A stretch of 64,000 nucleotides of DNA from a bacterium (GTDB taxonomy: Bacteria > Patescibacteriota > Saccharimonadia > Saccharimonadales > SZUA-47): contig JBAXHY010000001.1 of the NCBI GenBank assembly GCA_037138655.1, positions 6,221-70,220 of the forward strand, given 5' to 3'. The notes beneath the pieces are model-generated. The model was not told the DNA's origin. It ran no database searches and saw nothing but the letters and a program-made list of their open reading frames with translations. The position numbers were made by a program, and so were the translations under genes. This document shows, one piece after another, positions 1 through 10,136 of this stretch. Each line of letters begins with the position of its first letter. Position 1 is the first letter of the stretch.

Positions 1-288
1 AGATGTTATTTCAGGGAACAAGCTTCCTAATTTTTTATACTTTAATTCAGAGCTTCTAAAATACAAATCAAAGGTAGTTAACGATATAGAACCTCCTCTT
101 GCCGGTTCTTTATATTTTCCTAAATAAGGAAGGACTCTGGTTGCGGTAGATTCTATACCTAAAGAATTTTCTAGGTATTGTTCTGCTAACTTAATGGCCG
201 GGCGTAGTTCGTTAGCCATATACCTACGAACACTGTTCGTCCAATATCCTGGCTGAAAATCTAACGATGCTCTAACCGAATCATTCAT
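1..288 (-). CDS. Hypothetical protein, 5' part only (runs off the window start)
   Basis: ATG at 288 just after the efp stop; open frame MNDSVRASLDFQPGYW... to position 1 with no stop, translated by hand. Confidence 0.6.
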   Translation of the reverse strand, partial: MNDSVRASLDFQPGYWTNSVRRYMANELRPAIKLAEQYLENSLGIESTATRVLPYLGKYKEPARGGSISLTTFDLYFRSSELKYKKLGSLFPEITS

Positions 289-299
289 ATTTTATTTTT

Positions 300-866
300 T
301 TACTTCTTGCGTTCTCTGTATGCACCCGTCGTTGTATCGACACTAATAATATCACCCGTCTTAATAAAAGCAGGTACGCGTACTTCTACTCCTGTTTCTA
401 GGGTAGCTGGTTTAGTAACATTACCACTAGTATCGCCGCGCGTTACGTCTTCTGTATATGTAACTTCTAGGTAGACGTTTTTAGGTAATTCTACGTTAAT
501 TGGTTTGTCGTCAAAACTTTGCAATATAACTTTATCACCTTCTTTAAGATAGCCCGAACCATCACCGACCATGTCGGCGCTAATTTCGAACTGTTCAAAA
601 GTTTCTTCGTTCATAAAGTAAAATACGTCACCCGTATTATACAAATACTGAACATTTTGCTTAGATACGTCTGCAGGTTCTAGTTGTTCGTTTCCTTTAA
701 AAGTCTGAGCTAAAACTTTGCCGTCTAACAAGCTTTTTATACGAAGATTAACTATACTACCGCCACGACCTACAACTTTTTGATTGTAATCTACAACTAT
801 GTAAGGAACGCCTTCCATCTGAAAAACGATGCCTTTTTTTAGTTCTGTAATACTGTATCCTGCCAT
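300..866 (-). CDS. efp: Translation elongation factor P
   Basis: C-terminal KPATLETG..VPAFIKTGD..VDT motif; 188 aa. Confidence 0.97.
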   Translation of the reverse strand: MAGYSITELKKGIVFQMEGVPYIVVDYNQKVVGRGGSIVNLRIKSLLDGKVLAQTFKGNEQLEPADVSKQNVQYLYNTGDVFYFMNEETFEQFEISADMVGDGSGYLKEGDKVILQSFDDKPINVELPKNVYLEVTYTEDVTRGDTSGNVTKPATLETGVEVRVPAFIKTGDIISVDTTTGAYRERKK

Positions 867-938
867 TAAATTCTCCTGTTTAGCTATATTCTGAATCGTT
901 TTTTAAACTAATTATTTAGCCTAAATCTTTAAAAAGAA

Positions 939-1142
939 CTAGTTGCTAGAAACAAAAGGAAGTAATGCAATGTGTCGAGCGCGTTTAATTGCACGAGCCA
1001 ACTGACGTTGTTGCATTTCTGTAAGACCGGTTTTTTTGCGGCTTTCGATTTGTCCGTATTGGTTTACGTAACGCAATAATGTTTTAAAGTCTTTGTAGTC
1101 AAAAAATGCTACATCTGTTCTGTGTTTAAATATCTTTGCCAT
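939..1142 (-). CDS. rpsR: 30S ribosomal protein S18
   Basis: DYKD..LL.. and TG...QQR.LA.AIKRARHIALLPF motifs; rpsF-ssb-rpsR order. Confidence 0.97.
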   Translation of the reverse strand: MAKIFKHRTDVAFFDYKDFKTLLRYVNQYGQIESRKKTGLTEMQQRQLARAIKRARHIALLPFVSSN

Positions 1143-1199
1143 TTGGCTTCTCCTGGTTCTGTTGTTAAATTACTCTTGTGTTCATTAAAAATTGTATAG

Positions 1200-1328
1200 T
1201 CTAAAGGATTTTGAGCAGTGCGATCTGGGATGAAAGCCGATTTCAATCAGTTGAGCCGTACGCACGTACGGTGATACTTATTGACAATCGAACTTTCGCA
1301 CAGAGCGTGCACTCACAAATTCTTTAGA
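1200..1328. repeat. ~130-bp imperfect palindromic element (RPE/MITE-like)
   Basis: Nested inverted arms TCTAAAG..CTTTAGA, CGATTTCAAT..ATTGACAATCG, and core CCGTACG-CA-CGTACGG. Confidence 0.7.
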
Positions 1329-1806
1329 ACGGGATGTCGTCGAGGTTAATAGGCTCATCGCCAATATCTTCGATAACTGGCGCAGCTTTTTTAGCTGGCT
1401 TTGGTGCGCTTGCAGCAGGTGCTTTATGCTCTTGGCCGCCATCTTCATGTCCGGCTTCTGAACGATCACCACCCTGCGCGCCACCCAAAAAGGTTACATC
1501 GCTGGCGTTAACTTCTACTTTAGTTCGCTTTACGCCGTCTTTTTCCCAGCTACTACTTTGTAAACGACCGTTAACTAGGCAGGGTCGACCCTTGCTTAGG
1601 TACTGGCTTACGCGTTCGCCCAATGGACCCCACGCAACTACGTCTACATAATCTGTAACTTCTTGCCAATTACCGTCAGTACCTTTGTAGCTTCTGTTTA
1701 GCGCAAGGCTAAAACTACAAATACTCTGACCGTTTGGTGTTGCGCGTAGCTCTGGATCCCTTGTTAGGTTTCCCATTAAGATTACTTGGTTAAAACTTCG
1801 TGCCAT
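1324..1806 (-). CDS. ssb: Single-stranded DNA-binding protein
   Basis: NQVILMGNLTRDPELR N-terminus and DDIPF C-terminus. Confidence 0.98.
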   Translation of the reverse strand: MARSFNQVILMGNLTRDPELRATPNGQSICSFSLALNRSYKGTDGNWQEVTDYVDVVAWGPLGERVSQYLSKGRPCLVNGRLQSSSWEKDGVKRTKVEVNASDVTFLGGAQGGDRSEAGHEDGGQEHKAPAASAPKPAKKAAPVIEDIGDEPINLDDIPF

Positions 1807-1892
1807 AGTGGCATCCTCCTTACAAGAACTATGTCTTGGATGTTAATTGTATTATCAAAGTACGCCTGTTTGCCTATGCTAGTCAAGGACTA

Positions 1893-2321
1893 TTATTTAT
1901 CGTCGCGGTTGCTGCGTCGTCTTGGACGTTCGTCTTCGTCTTCGTCAGTCTTTTCGTCGTCGTCGTTTGCATGTTCGCCACGTGCAGCTTGTTTAGCTGC
2001 TTTTTCTACGCGAAGAGTTTCGGCTTTTTCGATCTTTTTAAGATCAGGACGAGTAATCAAAAAACGAATAACTTCGTCAGTGATATTAAGACTGTCGTTT
2101 AGCTTTTTAACACCACTTGTAGGAAGTTCAAGCGTGTAAATTACATACACTGCATGTTCTTGCTTAGCGATTTTATAGGCCATTTTTCGGTTGCCCCAAT
2201 TGTCAACTTTAACAATCTTGCCTTCTGATGCCGAAATCTGTTTTTCGACTTTTGCTGTTGCCTTTTCTAGATCAATTTCTAGATCAGGGTGGTAAAGTAC
2301 TGCTAATTCGTACTGTTCCAT
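1893..2321 (-). CDS. rpsF: 30S ribosomal protein S6
   Basis: YEL..; WG.RKMAY.I.K; V.RFL motifs; charged C-terminal tail. Confidence 0.96.
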   Translation of the reverse strand: MEQYELAVLYHPDLEIDLEKATAKVEKQISASEGKIVKVDNWGNRKMAYKIAKQEHAVYVIYTLELPTSGVKKLNDSLNITDEVIRFLITRPDLKKIEKAETLRVEKAAKQAARGEHANDDDEKTDEDEDERPRRRSNRDDK

Positions 2322-2345
2322 AGTGTCCTTTCGTTAAAGGTGGGA

Positions 2346-2428
2346 AATGAATAATATTTGATATTTGATATTTGATAGTTAAAAATTTCAACTAGCTCAT
2401 ACTAAATATTATCTATTTATCAAAACTT
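2346..2428. repeat. Heptamer-repeat hairpin in the rpsF leader
   Basis: (ATATTTG)x3 at 2354-2374 faces a degenerate complementary arm at 2391-2425. Confidence 0.6.
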
Positions 2429-2538
2429 CCTTTGGTTTCTAACTTACGTACCTAAGAGTCGTAAGCTGAAGTTAGTTTTTAATACTTATATTATATCTGT
2501 TTTAAGAGTATTTTACAAGAATAATTCCCGGATTAACC

Positions 2539-4773
2539 TTAGCGTAGTACGTCGTCAAATGGATGAGGGCCTGAATCTTGGTCTTGAATATCAACAGAAT
2601 CTTCTTCATCGGGTGCATCAGTACCAAACACTTCGTCCATACTTCTAACTAACACGTCACGAGGCTTGGCACCGCTTGCGCTACCAACTATGCCCTGTTC
2701 TTCCATTTGATCAATCAAACGGCTGGCACGTCCGTACCCAATGCGTAGGCGACGCTGTAGTAGGCTTGTGCTTGCCTTTTTATTGTCGATAACAGTTTTT
2801 ACTGCGTCTTCCCACATATCGTCATCGGCGCTGTCTTTGGCGCTATAGTCGGCCACTACGCCACCCTTGCCATTAAGTTGAACAGGTTGGCTAACAACTT
2901 CATCATCGTACTGCGGAGGTCGTTGCATACGTAAAAAGTCTGTAACTTTTTGTGTTTCTTCTAAGGTAATAAGCGCACCCTGGACACGCTTTGGTTTTGG
3001 CATGTCGGCTGTACTAAATAACATATCGCCCATTCCTAAAAGTTTTTCGGCTCCGGCGCCGTCAATAATTGTACGGCTGTCGATCTGACTTGCAACCGTA
3101 AAAGCAATACGTGCAGGTATGTTGGCCTTGATTAAACCTGTAATAACATCAACACTTGGACGCTGTGTAGCTAAAACCAAATGTATACCAACGGCACGTG
3201 CTTTTTGAGCTATTCTTACAATCAATGATTCTACGTCACGTGCTGCCATCATCATAAGATCGGCAAGTTCGTCTATGACGATTATGATATACGGCATTCG
3301 TTCGGCATTAGACGTATTATATTCTTCAATATTTCGTTTTTTATCTGCTGCCAATGCGCGGTATCGTCTTTCCATTTCTGACACTGCCCATTTTAGTGCG
3401 CTAATACACTTTTCGGGTTCTGTAATAACAGGAGTCAATAAGTGTGGAATGTCATTATAAATATTAAGTTCTACGTGCTTTGGGTCGACCAAAATAAGCT
3501 TCATATCGCTTGGACTATTGCGGTACAAAAGACTAGTTAGCAATGTGTTTACCATTACTGACTTACCGGAGTTTGTTTGACCTGCTATTAACACATGGGG
3601 CATTTTTTCTAGGTTGGCGACTACTGGAATACCAGCAATATCTCGTCCCACAACAAATCCAAGTTTGCCGCTGCCGCCTACTGTCTTCCACTGCTCACTT
3701 TCTAATACACTTGCAATACGAACAGTCGCCGCAGTTAAGTTTGGTACTTCGATACCTACTGCTTTTTGCCCAGGAATAGGTGCCTCTATACGTATACTTT
3801 GAGCCGCAAGACTATAGGCCAAGTTGTCGTCTAACGCTGCAATTTTACTAAGTTTAACTCCGGCAGGTGCCTTTATGGTGTACTGCGTAACGCGTGGACC
3901 AACGTTAGCCCCTTCCATTTCTACTTCATAATTAAAGTTTTCGAATGTTTCGCGAATAATATCTGCATTGCCGTTAACGTCACCTGCATTTGCTTTGTCT
4001 TGCTTTTGATTTAAAAGCGCTATTGGTGGAATTTGCCAATCTGCATCATTTGCAGCAGTCAACGCCTGATGATCTTCTTCTTTTAGCAATACTTTTGGCA
4101 CACTGTTTTTTAAACTACTTCTGCTTGTACTTTGTTCAAATGGAACACCTTCGGTTAATTTAAAGCCTTTTTCGGCGGCTTGTTCTTTAAGGTCAGACAG
4201 GTCAGTATCTTTGTCTGTATTTTTTAAATTCTTAAACGGTGCTTTTAGGACATACAAAATCGCAGCCATCGGCACGCCAAACGTCCAGCAAAATACTAAT
4301 ATTGTGGTTATTAAAAGAATTATAGCCGCTAAATATTTACTAAATATCGCCAGTCCTAATCCGCCAAATAGTTTACCTACCGATCCACCGTGGCCACCAG
4401 TCCAAACTGTAGTAGCAGTAGATGCGTTTATAGTTTGTGTAGCAAATGTAGCGTGCAGTAAAGACGATCCTGTTACTAACAACATGAGCATGCTTAATAT
4501 CTTTAAAAATGGAATTTTATGTTCTTCGGTTTTAAACTTGTATACACCCCAAAAAACTAAAGATACAGGTGCAAAATATGCCGCCCAACCAAAAACTGAG
4601 TAAACTCCGCTAAACATTCCCTTAGGCAAAGGTCCGCCCTGCCCAAAGCTACCTATAAGTAAAAACAATGCTACTACAAATAACATCACCGCCCAAACCC
4701 CACGTAAAAACATGTTAGGTTCGCGTTCTACTCTTACTTGTTTTTTGCTACTTCGTTTTTTCTTTTTAGCCAT
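2539..4773 (-). CDS. ftsK: DNA translocase FtsK/SpoIIIE
   Basis: N-terminal TM helices; Walker A GQTNSGKS; IDELADLMM; ATQRPSVDVITG; gamma domain STSLLQRRLRIGYGRA. Confidence 0.97.
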   Translation of the reverse strand: MAKKKKRSSKKQVRVEREPNMFLRGVWAVMLFVVALFLLIGSFGQGGPLPKGMFSGVYSVFGWAAYFAPVSLVFWGVYKFKTEEHKIPFLKILSMLMLLVTGSSLLHATFATQTINASTATTVWTGGHGGSVGKLFGGLGLAIFSKYLAAIILLITTILVFCWTFGVPMAAILYVLKAPFKNLKNTDKDTDLSDLKEQAAEKGFKLTEGVPFEQSTSRSSLKNSVPKVLLKEEDHQALTAANDADWQIPPIALLNQKQDKANAGDVNGNADIIRETFENFNYEVEMEGANVGPRVTQYTIKAPAGVKLSKIAALDDNLAYSLAAQSIRIEAPIPGQKAVGIEVPNLTAATVRIASVLESEQWKTVGGSGKLGFVVGRDIAGIPVVANLEKMPHVLIAGQTNSGKSVMVNTLLTSLLYRNSPSDMKLILVDPKHVELNIYNDIPHLLTPVITEPEKCISALKWAVSEMERRYRALAADKKRNIEEYNTSNAERMPYIIIVIDELADLMMMAARDVESLIVRIAQKARAVGIHLVLATQRPSVDVITGLIKANIPARIAFTVASQIDSRTIIDGAGAEKLLGMGDMLFSTADMPKPKRVQGALITLEETQKVTDFLRMQRPPQYDDEVVSQPVQLNGKGGVVADYSAKDSADDDMWEDAVKTVIDNKKASTSLLQRRLRIGYGRASRLIDQMEEQGIVGSASGAKPRDVLVRSMDEVFGTDAPDEEDSVDIQDQDSGPHPFDDVLR

Positions 4774-4857
4774 AGAAGTTATTATACCGTGTTTATGTTT
4801 AAGTTACCTAGGAACACTATACCACAAATATGTAAATTTTACAACTACTAATTGGAC

Positions 4858-6930
4858 TTAGTCTGTACGAGCGTCTTGTCCAAGCAGGCTTGCACGCATT
4901 TGAGCAAAGCGATCCTGTTGATCTTGAGCTTGCTGTTCGGGAGTTTTAGGCTGTTGTTCACTGCCGCGTGCTGGATGGTTGTCGTTGTTTTGCTTTTCGT
5001 TCTTACCACCAATAACGTTTATTACAGGTATAACAATCGGCGTACGCTGAGTTTGTTCGTACAAAAAGTGCGTGATATGATCTTTTAATTCTGCTTTAAA
5101 TCTGTCTAGGTCGATTCGCTTAAAGCGTTGACCTACGGCACGACGAAGTTCTGTTCGGAACAAGTTCATAAGCTCTTCGTTGTCACGCATATAAATAAAT
5201 CCACGACTAATAATGTCTGGGCTTGTTAGTAGTTGACCAGTCTTTTTGTCGACGGTCAAAATAACAGCGACTAACCCTTCTTCGGCCAAAACAAGACGGT
5301 CTTTAACTACAATGTTACTAACCAACGCGCCAGACTGGTCAACCAAAACGGTTCCGTGTGGCACTTCGCCAACCATGTCCATTTTGTCTTTAGTAAAGCT
5401 TAACACCTGACCGTTGTCGGCGTTAATTGTGTTGCCGCGTGGAATACCTTCTTCTACAGCAATTTCGATATGGTATTTTTTAGCTGTAAAGTCACCATAA
5501 ATTGGCACAAAAAACTTTGGCTTGGTCATTTTAATCATGTCACGGTATTCTTCTACGCTGGCGTGGCCAGAAACGTGGAGTGGACCACAACCGTCAATTT
5601 CGCGGGTTTCGTGCCTAAATACGTGTACGCCCTTGCGGTAAAGTTCGTCTACCATTGACCTAATAAGACTGTCGTTACCGCTGTAAGGAATAGGCGTGCT
5701 AGATAAAATAACACTGTCTTGCGCCTTAAGTTTTACGTGCTTGTGTTCGCCGGCACTCATACGCATAAGAGCACTGTTTGGTTCGCCTTGGCTACCAGTA
5801 CAAACTACTACTACATCGGTGTCCTTCATTGTTGCAACATTAGCAATTGGTACAAAAGTACCTTTTGGAACACGTACAAAGCCGTTTCGCACAGCCATTT
5901 CTAGCGTGCTAATCATGCTTCGGCCGTCCATAGCCACTTTTTTATTGTGGTGGACAGCAGCGTTAATAATCATTTGTACACGGTTCATATTGGTACTAAA
6001 CAATCCAACAAAGATACGACCTGGTGCGGTGTCCATAATGTCGACAAAGCTTTGTTCGATGGTACTTTCACTAGGGGTACGTCCTGGGCGTTCGGTAGTA
6101 GTACTTTCGGACAATAATGCCAATACGCCTTCGTTTCCTAGTTCTTCTAAACGTTCGATGTCTGTACGTTCGTGGTCTAATGGGTTTGGGTCTAACCTAA
6201 AATCGCCTGTATTAATAATGCGCCCAACAGGAGTGTCTACGATTACAATCGTGCTTCCAGGTATAGAGTGAGTTACTCTTACAAGTTCTACAAAGAACAC
6301 TCCGACTTTTAGTCGTTCGTGTGTGTTTTCGTTCATTATTACTGCACGAAGTTCAAAACCTTCAGGCATTGGCAAGCCAAAGTTCTGAAAAATTTCTTCT
6401 ACACGTCCAATAGTAAAACGACTTCCGTAAATAGGTGCCGGAAAAAGTGGCACAATGTGAGGTAATCCACCAATGTGGTCAAGGTGGCCGTGAGTAATTA
6501 CATAACCACGAATTTTACTTCGAATAGATTCTAGGTAGGTTGTGTCGCATATACCATAATTAATGCCCGGCAAATCTACACCAAGGTCGTTACCACAGTC
6601 AATTATAAGTGCGTCATTTTGGTATTCTAGTAGCATCATGTTTTTGCTACCACCACCATCCATACCGCCAATACCTATAATTTTTAAGGTAGCGCTACCA
6701 GTGTCTAGGTAATTTGCGCGTTGCGCTTGTTCGCTAGTGTCTGCTGTAAGATACTGATTTACTATTCTTTCGGCGTCGCTTTGAGTGCGTTTTTGTGCAC
6801 GTATAGCTTCGCCACGACTGGCACTTCGACTAGCGCTAGTAGTTGCCTGTAGCTTTGGTCTTGGCTGTCCGCCGTTTCTGTTGTTTTGAGGTCGGTTATT
6901 ACCGCCTTTATTCTTATTTTTTTGTTCCAT
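4858..6930 (-). CDS. rnj: Ribonuclease J
   Basis: THGHLDHIGG, VTHSIP, TGDF, TGSQGEP and HVSGH metallo-beta-lactamase/beta-CASP motifs. Confidence 0.96.
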   Translation of the reverse strand: MEQKNKNKGGNNRPQNNRNGGQPRPKLQATTSASRSASRGEAIRAQKRTQSDAERIVNQYLTADTSEQAQRANYLDTGSATLKIIGIGGMDGGGSKNMMLLEYQNDALIIDCGNDLGVDLPGINYGICDTTYLESIRSKIRGYVITHGHLDHIGGLPHIVPLFPAPIYGSRFTIGRVEEIFQNFGLPMPEGFELRAVIMNENTHERLKVGVFFVELVRVTHSIPGSTIVIVDTPVGRIINTGDFRLDPNPLDHERTDIERLEELGNEGVLALLSESTTTERPGRTPSESTIEQSFVDIMDTAPGRIFVGLFSTNMNRVQMIINAAVHHNKKVAMDGRSMISTLEMAVRNGFVRVPKGTFVPIANVATMKDTDVVVVCTGSQGEPNSALMRMSAGEHKHVKLKAQDSVILSSTPIPYSGNDSLIRSMVDELYRKGVHVFRHETREIDGCGPLHVSGHASVEEYRDMIKMTKPKFFVPIYGDFTAKKYHIEIAVEEGIPRGNTINADNGQVLSFTKDKMDMVGEVPHGTVLVDQSGALVSNIVVKDRLVLAEEGLVAVILTVDKKTGQLLTSPDIISRGFIYMRDNEELMNLFRTELRRAVGQRFKRIDLDRFKAELKDHITHFLYEQTQRTPIVIPVINVIGGKNEKQNNDNHPARGSEQQPKTPEQQAQDQQDRFAQMRASLLGQDARTD

Positions 6931-6957
6931 AAATGGTTCCTTAATTTTTAATATAAT

Positions 6958-7167
6958 TTAATTTCGAATTATTTTTTTGACGCCGTTTATTAGATTTCGG
7001 ATCGTCAGGTATGCGCTAACTAATGCTGCACAGTACAAGGCTATTGCACCAGAATCAATTGCCCACGAACTTAGTCCGTATGTGATTCCAGCAAAAACAA
7101 GTCCCATGACCAGCAGAACCCAAGGGTTCTGCATGGCGCTAGCGAATTGTTTATTATTTTTTGCCAT
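6958..7167 (-). CDS. Small membrane protein, hypothetical
   Basis: Two hydrophobic segments; overlaps the upstream ORF within the pnp-rnj run. Confidence 0.65.
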   Translation of the reverse strand: MAKNNKQFASAMQNPWVLLVMGLVFAGITYGLSSWAIDSGAIALYCAALVSAYLTIRNLINGVKKIIRN

Positions 7168-7480
7168 TTCCCACCTCTACGTTCAAATCTTTTAGAATAT
7201 CCAATGCCTGATTTTGACCATTATTTAACTCTAGTTTTCGAAGTTGCCATGCCGTCTGCTTTTTCATTATCCGGCGGGTAATCATTAGTGTTATCAAAAT
7301 AATAACTCCAAAACCGCCCCATCCAAACAATACGTCTTTCGATTTATCAGAATAGCTACTCATGAATATTACCACTATGGCAATAAGAAGACCGGTTATC
7401 CTGTCAATCACTATATTTCTCTTGTAAATCACTAGTCGTTCACCAGTTAAAAACTTACCCCATCTACCGTAAACTGCCAT
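7154..7480 (-). CDS. Membrane protein, hypothetical
   Basis: Two TM segments; ATG 2 nt after the pnp stop. Confidence 0.6.
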   Translation of the reverse strand: MAVYGRWGKFLTGERLVIYKRNIVIDRITGLLIAIVVIFMSSYSDKSKDVLFGWGGFGVIILITLMITRRIMKKQTAWQLRKLELNNGQNQALDILKDLNVEVGNGKK

Positions 7481-7482
7481 TA

Positions 7483-9615
7483 TTATCCTTTTAGTTCTCG
7501 TTCGGCTTGTTTCATACTAAGGTTTAGTCGACCTTTTTCGTCAATTGCCATTAGTTTAACATTAACATAATCGCCGACTGAAACTACGTCACTAGGCTTA
7601 TTAACGCGTTCGTCACTCATTTCAGAAACATGCACCATGCCGTCGCGGCCTGGTAAAATTTGCACAAAGCAACCAAAATCTAGAACACTAACAACTGGTA
7701 CGTGCTTATAAATAGTTCCAACTTCTGGATCCTGTGTAATGTCACGAATCATTTGTTTAGCTGCTTCAATAGAAGCGCCGTCTGGACTAGAAATCATGAC
7801 TAGACCGTCTTCTTTGATGTCAATTTCGGCACCGGTTTCGGCAATAATCTTGTTGATCATTTCTCCGCCTTTACCAATAACTTCACGAATCTTGTCAGGG
7901 TTAATCTGAATAGTTTCTACACGTGGAGCGTATGGGCTAAGTTCGGCGCGTGGTCGATCAAGTGTAGTTAGCATGTGTGCCAATATATGCGCACGGCCTT
8001 CTATTGCCTGTTGTAATGTTTTTGCTAAAACTTCTGTTGGTAGTCCATGGACTTTCATATCCATCTGCATTGCAGTAATACCTTTTTTAGTTCCAGTAAC
8101 TTTAAAGTCCATATCGCCAGCAAAATCTTCGGCGTCTTGGATGTCTGTTAATATAACCACTTTATCGCCGTCTACAATTAATCCCATTGCAATACCGCTA
8201 ACAGGTGCTTTTAGCGGTACACCAGCATCCATAAGACTAAGTACGCTGCTACATGTAGCAGCCATACTAGTAGAACCGTGTTGGCTCATAATTTCGGTAA
8301 CAGTACGAATAGTGTATGGAAACTCTGTTTCTGATGGAATAACTGGTAGTAGTGCCCGTTCTGCTAGCGCACTGTGACCGATTTCGCGGCGTCCAGGTGA
8401 TCCCAATCGCTTAACTTCTCCTACTGTCCATCCTGGGGCGTTAAAATGGTGCATGTAGCGTTTTTCGCCCTGGAATTCCATAGTGTCAATCATTTGTGCG
8501 TAGCTAAGTGGTGCCAAAGTAGTAATGTTCATAGCCTGCGTAATACCGCGGGTAAACAAACTACTACCGTGAGCACGAGGCAAAAAGCTAACTTCGCTAG
8601 AAAGTGGACGAACTTCGGTTAGTTTTCGGCCATCAGGACGAACGCCTTCTTCAAGTATTCCAGTTCTTACATCTTTGTTGACAGCTGATGCATAAGCATC
8701 GTGATAATCGTTGCTTACTTTAGCAAATTCTTCTTCGCCTAGTTCTTCTGTAAAATGAGCCTTCATTCCTTCTAATAGTTCATGAAGAGCTGCATGACGA
8801 TCTTCGTACGCTCCACGAACTTTTTTACCCATTTTACCCTTAAGCCAAGCGTTAACGCTGGTTTGAATATCTTCGCTAGGAAGTGAAAGTGCATAATCCA
8901 ATGGCTTTACACCAAGTTTTTTAACAAGTTCTCGTTGTAAGTCTAATGCGGGCTGAAAAGCCTTTTGTGCAAGTTCTAAAGCTTCTACTACAAGCTCTTC
9001 AGACACTTCGTTTGCGCCAGCTTCTACCATCATTACGGCGTTATCTTTGCCAGCTACAAATAAGTCTAAATCACCTGCTGCTAATTGATCACGGCTAGGA
9101 AAAGCGACTAACTTACCATCTTCGGTACCAATTCGTAGGCCGGCCACAGGACCGTCATAAGGAGCACCGGCAATCATAAATGCAGCGCTTACTGCAATCA
9201 TAGCAATCGCATCAGGACGGAATGTTGGGTCCATGCTTAATACTGTTGCGATACCTTGTACTTCGTGTCTAAAACCTTTTGGCCATAGCGGTCTAATTGG
9301 GCGGTCAATAAGACGGCCTATTAAAATAGCTTCTTCGCTTGGTCGACCTTCGCGCTTAATAAATCTGCTGCCACTTATTTTGCCAGCTGCATAAAAGCGT
9401 TCTTCATATTCGATACTAAGAGGAAAATAATCAAAACCCTTTAATGGAGTCTTGCCTATCATTGCAGTACCTAAAATTACTGTTTCGCCGTATCGTACGA
9501 TTACGCTTGCGCTGGTTCTAAAACCAACTCTGTGTACTTCTAAACTAAGTTCTCGGCCACAAAAGTCAGTTTTTACGCTGACAATGTCTTTTCCTAATGG
9601 ATTGATTGTTGGCAT
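7483..9615 (-). CDS. pnp: Polyribonucleotide nucleotidyltransferase
   Basis: RFIKREGRPS, RREIGH and GDMDFKV motifs; KH (IGKGG) and S1 domains. Confidence 0.98.
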   Translation of the reverse strand: MPTINPLGKDIVSVKTDFCGRELSLEVHRVGFRTSASVIVRYGETVILGTAMIGKTPLKGFDYFPLSIEYEERFYAAGKISGSRFIKREGRPSEEAILIGRLIDRPIRPLWPKGFRHEVQGIATVLSMDPTFRPDAIAMIAVSAAFMIAGAPYDGPVAGLRIGTEDGKLVAFPSRDQLAAGDLDLFVAGKDNAVMMVEAGANEVSEELVVEALELAQKAFQPALDLQRELVKKLGVKPLDYALSLPSEDIQTSVNAWLKGKMGKKVRGAYEDRHAALHELLEGMKAHFTEELGEEEFAKVSNDYHDAYASAVNKDVRTGILEEGVRPDGRKLTEVRPLSSEVSFLPRAHGSSLFTRGITQAMNITTLAPLSYAQMIDTMEFQGEKRYMHHFNAPGWTVGEVKRLGSPGRREIGHSALAERALLPVIPSETEFPYTIRTVTEIMSQHGSTSMAATCSSVLSLMDAGVPLKAPVSGIAMGLIVDGDKVVILTDIQDAEDFAGDMDFKVTGTKKGITAMQMDMKVHGLPTEVLAKTLQQAIEGRAHILAHMLTTLDRPRAELSPYAPRVETIQINPDKIREVIGKGGEMINKIIAETGAEIDIKEDGLVMISSPDGASIEAAKQMIRDITQDPEVGTIYKHVPVVSVLDFGCFVQILPGRDGMVHVSEMSDERVNKPSDVVSVGDYVNVKLMAIDEKGRLNLSMKQAERELKG

Positions 9616-9641
9616 GAAGTAAGTTCCTTTCTTTTTTTAGT

Positions 9642-9739
9642 AAGGATTGGTGCTAGAAATAAGAAACAAATTTCAAATATACACTTTATTATTTAGTGAT
9701 ATATCTGTTGTTGTTTCTTACACCCAGAGGCCCGTCCTT
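9642..9739 (-). promoter_or_regulatory. Candidate structured pnp leader RNA
   Basis: Long hairpin TAAGAAACAA..TTGTTTCTTA closed by AAGGA..TCCTT, between rpsO and pnp. Confidence 0.5.
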
Positions 9740-9808
9740 TATTTACTTCATTCCGCGCCCGATATGTTCGGACAATAGTAGAAATAAACTAAGTTACTTA
9801 ACCGTTAA

Positions 9809-10075
9809 TTAACGGCGAAGACCAAGCTTTTTGATAAGTGCTAAGTAGCTAGCTGCGTCGTTTGCTGCGATATATTTTAATAGTTTTTTGCGTCGACCAA
9901 CCATTTGCATCAATCCACGGCGTGTTGCGTGATCTTTTTTGTTAACCTTTAAGTGTTCGGTTAATTCGATGATGCGTGAAGTTAGAACAGCTACTTGTAC
10001 TTCGGGTGCTCCGACGTCAGTTTTGCTTGCTCCGTAAATGCTAGTAATCTCTGCTTTTTTCTCTGTTGAAATCAT
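9809..10075 (-). CDS. rpsO: 30S ribosomal protein S15
   Basis: EVQVA.LT.RI..LT.HL..NKKD...RRGL..MVGRR..LL motif. Confidence 0.98.
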   Translation of the reverse strand: MISTEKKAEITSIYGASKTDVGAPEVQVAVLTSRIIELTEHLKVNKKDHATRRGLMQMVGRRKKLLKYIAANDAASYLALIKKLGLRR

Positions 10076-10136
10076 ATCTTAGTTCTTACTTTATCATATC
10101 CGTATCTGTTATGCAACAAGATTTACTAAAAACTTG

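Noticed and set aside
1254-1273. Resemblance of GAGCCGTA..GCACGTACGGT to group II intron domain V
   Set aside because: The central GNRA arm and other intron domains are missing; it is simply the centre of a longer palindrome.
1278-1484. 68-aa alternative-frame ORF overlapping ssb
   Set aside because: Shadow frame of ssb running into the palindrome; no independent support.
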